Assembly: GCA_035504595.1 (NCBI GenBank)
Contig: DATJRQ010000006.1
Location: 39,366-103,365, forward strand
Length of the DNA: 64,000 nucleotides
Source of the DNA: Thermoplasmata archaeon
GTDB taxonomy: Archaea > Thermoplasmatota > Thermoplasmata > Lutacidiplasmatales > UBA184
Direction of reading: 5' to 3'
Shown: positions 61,648 to 64,000 of the stretch, piece by piece
Layout: the number at the start of each line of letters is the position of its first letter
Position numbering within the stretch: the stretch's first letter is position 1
Notes under the pieces: model-generated
Databases searched by the model: none
The model's input: the letters and a program-made list of their open reading frames with translations, nothing else
Told to the model about the DNA's origin: nothing
Position numbers and translations under genes: made by a program

Positions 61648-62811
61648 GTGGGGCATCGAGCGGCTATCGTGGGCGCGGGGCATACTCGATTCGGGGTCCT
61701 CGACGCCGGCCCCCGCGGGCTCCTCCGACAGGCCGTCGACGGCGCCTTCGCGACCGTGGACAAAGGCGCCGACCGCGCCGCGGTCTCGGAAGCGTTCCTC
61801 GCGACCCTCGGGTTCGGCGGGTGGCAGATCGGGAACGCTTCCGCCGTTCTCGCCGAAGAGGCCGGCATGCCCGGCGTCCCGACGACAAGGGTGGAGAACG
61901 CCTGCGCGTCGGGAGGGTCGGCGATCCGGGCGGCCGTTCGGGCGGTCGAGCACGGGGACCGGGACCTCGTGCTCGTCGCCGGGCTCGAGAAGATGACCGA
62001 CGAGCCGAACGCGCGTCGGCGCTACTGGCTCGGCGTCTCCGGGGATACGGAGTGGGAGCGGCTGGCTGGCCTCACGTTCGCCGGCGTGTACGGCCTGATC
62101 GCCTCGCGCTACCTCGCCGAGCACGGGGTCTCCCCCGATGCTCTGGCGGAGGTCGCGGTCAAGAACCACGAGAACGGAGCGTTGAACCCGAACGCCCAGT
62201 TCCAGAAGCGGGTCAGCCGCGACGACGTGCGGAAGGCCCCGCGCGTCGCGGACCCGCTCGGACTGTACGATTGCTGCCCGGTGAGCGACGGCGCCGCGGC
62301 CCTCCTGGTGGCGAATCCCGAGATCGCCGGGCGTTTCACCGACACTCCCGTGTTCATCGACGGCGTCGGGGCCGGTTCCGACCGTCTTGCGGTTCAGGAG
62401 CGCCCGGAGCTCACCCGGTTCGGCGCGACGCAATGGGCGGCCGACGAGGCCTTCCACGCCGCCGGCTGCTCCCACCGGGACATCTCCTTCCTCGAGGTGC
62501 ACGACTGTTTCACGATCGCGGAGCTCCTTGCGCTCGAGGACCTCGGATTCGCCGAGCGCGGGGCTGCCGGGGCGATGACACTGGAAGGGGCGACGCGGCG
62601 GGGGGGCCGTCTACCGGTGAACCCCGACGGGGGACTCAAGGCGAAGGGCCATCCGATCGGAGCGACCGGGGTGAGCCAGGCGTACGAAGTGTTCCTCCAG
62701 ATGCGCGGACAGGCCGGTGCCCGCCAGCTGTCCCACCCGGACCGGGCGCTGGCCCAGAACGTCGGCGGCGCCGGAGCGACGGCAACCGTCACGATCTTCG
62801 CGGTGGGATGA
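61648..62811 (+). CDS. thiolase (acetyl-CoA acetyltransferase, archaeal SCP-x-like type)
   Basis: Track ORF 61573..62811, starting at in-frame GTG 61648 (VGHRAAIVGAGHTRFG). Reads ...VENACASGGSAI (nucleophilic Cys) ...LEVHDCFT...NPDGGLKAKGHPIGATG...NVGGAG. Confidence 0.85.
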   Translation: MGHRAAIVGAGHTRFGVLDAGPRGLLRQAVDGAFATVDKGADRAAVSEAFLATLGFGGWQIGNASAVLAEEAGMPGVPTTRVENACASGGSAIRAAVRAVEHGDRDLVLVAGLEKMTDEPNARRRYWLGVSGDTEWERLAGLTFAGVYGLIASRYLAEHGVSPDALAEVAVKNHENGALNPNAQFQKRVSRDDVRKAPRVADPLGLYDCCPVSDGAAALLVANPEIAGRFTDTPVFIDGVGAGSDRLAVQERPELTRFGATQWAADEAFHAAGCSHRDISFLEVHDCFTIAELLALEDLGFAERGAAGAMTLEGATRRGGRLPVNPDGGLKAKGHPIGATGVSQAYEVFLQMRGQAGARQLSHPDRALAQNVGGAGATATVTIFAVG

Positions 62812-63854
62812 GCGTGCCGGGGATCTCCCAGGTCGCGGCCTACCTCCCGCCGGGTCGCTCGGACGGAGTGCCCCGGGCCGGTTGGGACGAGGACGGGTTC
62901 ACCCTCGCCGTGGCGGCGGTCGAACGCCTGGGCCCCCGGGAGTCGGCCTCGGGAGTCCCCGGCCGGATCCTTCTGGTGGGCTCGTTCCCGCCGACCGCCG
63001 AGGCGAATCTCGCTCGGTACTTCGCGAGCGCCCTCCCGATCGATCGGGTCGGGGCGGGTCGCTCCGGCACGAACGCGGCGATCCGGGCCGCGCAGTCGGG
63101 GCCGGCCAACGGGGGCCCGATCCTCGTGCTCGCCGTTGACCTGGCTGCCGATGACCCGGGCGCGACCGCGTCGGCGGGCCGTGCCGGTCCCGACCGTGCC
63201 GTCGCCGTCTGGTTCGACCCGACCTCGGCAATCGACGTCCCGCCCTCGGTCGACACCGCGGAAACGCCCGGCGCGACCGCCCCGTTCTTCGAGTACCATG
63301 CCGCGCACGGTCGGGACCACCCCGAGGCGTGGCTCGGGACGTGGGAGATCCCTCCGTCGGTGTCGGCGGCCGCCGCCGGCGCCGCCCGGCCGCGCCCCGC
63401 GATCCCACTCGGCGGCCCCGTGTCGCAGGGGGCGTACGTACCGATGCCCCGATACGAGGAGAACCTGCCGAGCCGCTGGAGGTTGGCGGCCGACCGGTGC
63501 CCGGCGTGTGGCGCCCTCACCTTCCCGGTCCGGGGGCGGTGCCGGGTCTGCGGACGGACGGAAGGGTTGACCCGAACCTTCCTTCCTCTCGACGGGGGAC
63601 TGGTCGTGGCGACGACGACCATTGGCCCGGGCGGCCAACCGACCGAGTTCGACGACCAGGTGGCCGTCGGAGGGCCCTATGAGGTTGCCTTGATCGAGCT
63701 CGTTCCCGAAGTTCGGGTCACCCTGCAGGTGACGGACGCGACGCCCGGGTCGCTGAAGATCGGCGACCGAGCTCACACCGCGCTTCGCCGGCTCTACCCG
63801 ATGGAGGGGGAGTGGCGATACGGGCGAAAGGCGACGCGCGCCGGTTCCCCCTGA
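62808..63854 (+). CDS. degenerate HMG-CoA-synthase-like N-terminal half fused to DUF35 (Zn-ribbon + OB-fold) domain
   Basis: C-terminal 348 aa of track ORF 61821..63854. ATG 62808 overlaps the thiolase TGA (ATGA). Residues 1-~145 are co-linear with the HMGCS N-half but lack the catalytic Glu and Cys. Residues ~206-340 carry CPACG-x11-CRVCG plus an OB-like region (DUF35 pattern). Confidence 0.65.
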   Translation: MSVPGISQVAAYLPPGRSDGVPRAGWDEDGFTLAVAAVERLGPRESASGVPGRILLVGSFPPTAEANLARYFASALPIDRVGAGRSGTNAAIRAAQSGPANGGPILVLAVDLAADDPGATASAGRAGPDRAVAVWFDPTSAIDVPPSVDTAETPGATAPFFEYHAAHGRDHPEAWLGTWEIPPSVSAAAAGAARPRPAIPLGGPVSQGAYVPMPRYEENLPSRWRLAADRCPACGALTFPVRGRCRVCGRTEGLTRTFLPLDGGLVVATTTIGPGGQPTEFDDQVAVGGPYEVALIELVPEVRVTLQVTDATPGSLKIGDRAHTALRRLYPMEGEWRYGRKATRAGSP

Positions 63855-63860
63855 GACGCG

Positions 63861-64000
63861 TTATGCGAAACCGGGGACGTCCCGTTCCCGGGCCGACTTC
63901 TTCTGGTACGGTTCGGCGGTGATCCCGAGGTGGGTGGACAGGCTGGTGAACGTCCGAACGAGCTGGTCCACGGCTTTGGCGAGTTCCTGCTGCTCCGCAC
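63861..64000 (-). CDS. C-terminal end of an unidentified protein (gene runs off the right edge)
   Basis: Not in the track (no start in window). The minus frame reads ...AEQQELAKAVDQLVRTFTSLSTHLGITAEPYQKKSARERDVPGFA* with a TAA stop at 63863..63861. G/C dominates third positions, unlike the track ORF 63794..64000. Confidence 0.4.
   Translation of the reverse strand, partial: AEQQELAKAVDQLVRTFTSLSTHLGITAEPYQKKSARERDVPGFA

Noticed and set aside
63794-64000. 68-aa track ORF at the right edge (MRSSRNSPKPW...)
   Set aside because: It is Ser/Pro/Arg-rich. A different minus frame over the same bases (ending TAA 63863..63861) has G/C-dominated third positions and a normal-looking protein tail, so I annotated that frame instead.
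1-64000. Scan for CRISPR arrays, cas genes, transposases/IS elements, integrases, prophage genes, toxin-antitoxin or known defence systems, and rRNA
   Set aside because: I saw no regularly spaced direct repeats and no recognisable motifs of these families in any frame. The window looks like core chromosome.

Overview
Very GC-rich, densely packed archaeal chromosomal segment; third codon positions are almost all G/C. I support about 60 protein genes, 3 tRNAs and one small ORF missed by the track. The archaeal assignment rests on archaeal-type SAM synthetase, Orc1/Cdc6, aIF1/SUI1, Elp3, NreA, diphthine synthase, split GMP synthase, isopentenyl-phosphate kinase plus type-2 IDI, a Hef-like helicase, and an intron-containing tRNA-Trp. 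A thermopsin (peptidase A5) domain protein together with the high GC suggests a Thermoplasmatota-like lineage, but that is inference only. Content is mostly housekeeping:
- tRNA synthetases and translation: glyS (partial), serS, aIF1.
- Biosynthesis and modification: moeA, purQ, trm1, archaeal SAM synthetase, elp3, dphB, guaA glutamine amidotransferase (GATase) subunit, ubiX.
- Repair and replication: Lhr helicase, uvrB, nreA, Hef-like helicase, cdc6.
- Transport: a FecCD-type ABC importer, an ABC-2 exporter, and kdpFABC plus a Usp gene.
- Isoprenoid genes: IPK and IDI2, and a thiolase with a DUF35-type partner.

I saw no CRISPR array, transposase, integrase or rRNA. Many genes are joined by ATGA/GTGA overlaps. 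Several have a TATA-like box about 25-35 nt upstream of the start codon, suggesting leaderless or short-leader mRNAs. Most long track ORFs rich in Arg/Pro/Gly are shadow frames of real genes, as expected at this GC content.

Most interesting items:
1. A rhodanese convergent with a GcvH-like (lipoyl-Lys lost)::TusA-like fusion, plus a Cys-rich mini-ORF.
2. A thiolase translationally coupled to a catalytically degenerate HMG-CoA-synthase-like N-half fused to DUF35, divergent from ubiX.
3. Two giant sequon-rich surface proteins (one thermopsin-fused) that share a C-terminal anchor module.
4. An ABC ATPase with an unassigned ~180-aa Rossmann-like C-terminal domain.
5. tRNA-Trp with a 92-nt intron carrying box C/D-like guides.
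6. trm1, whose conserved N-terminus precedes any canonical start codon.
7. A tightly overlapped ubiX-membrane-membrane-guaA operon followed by a 521-aa orphan protein.
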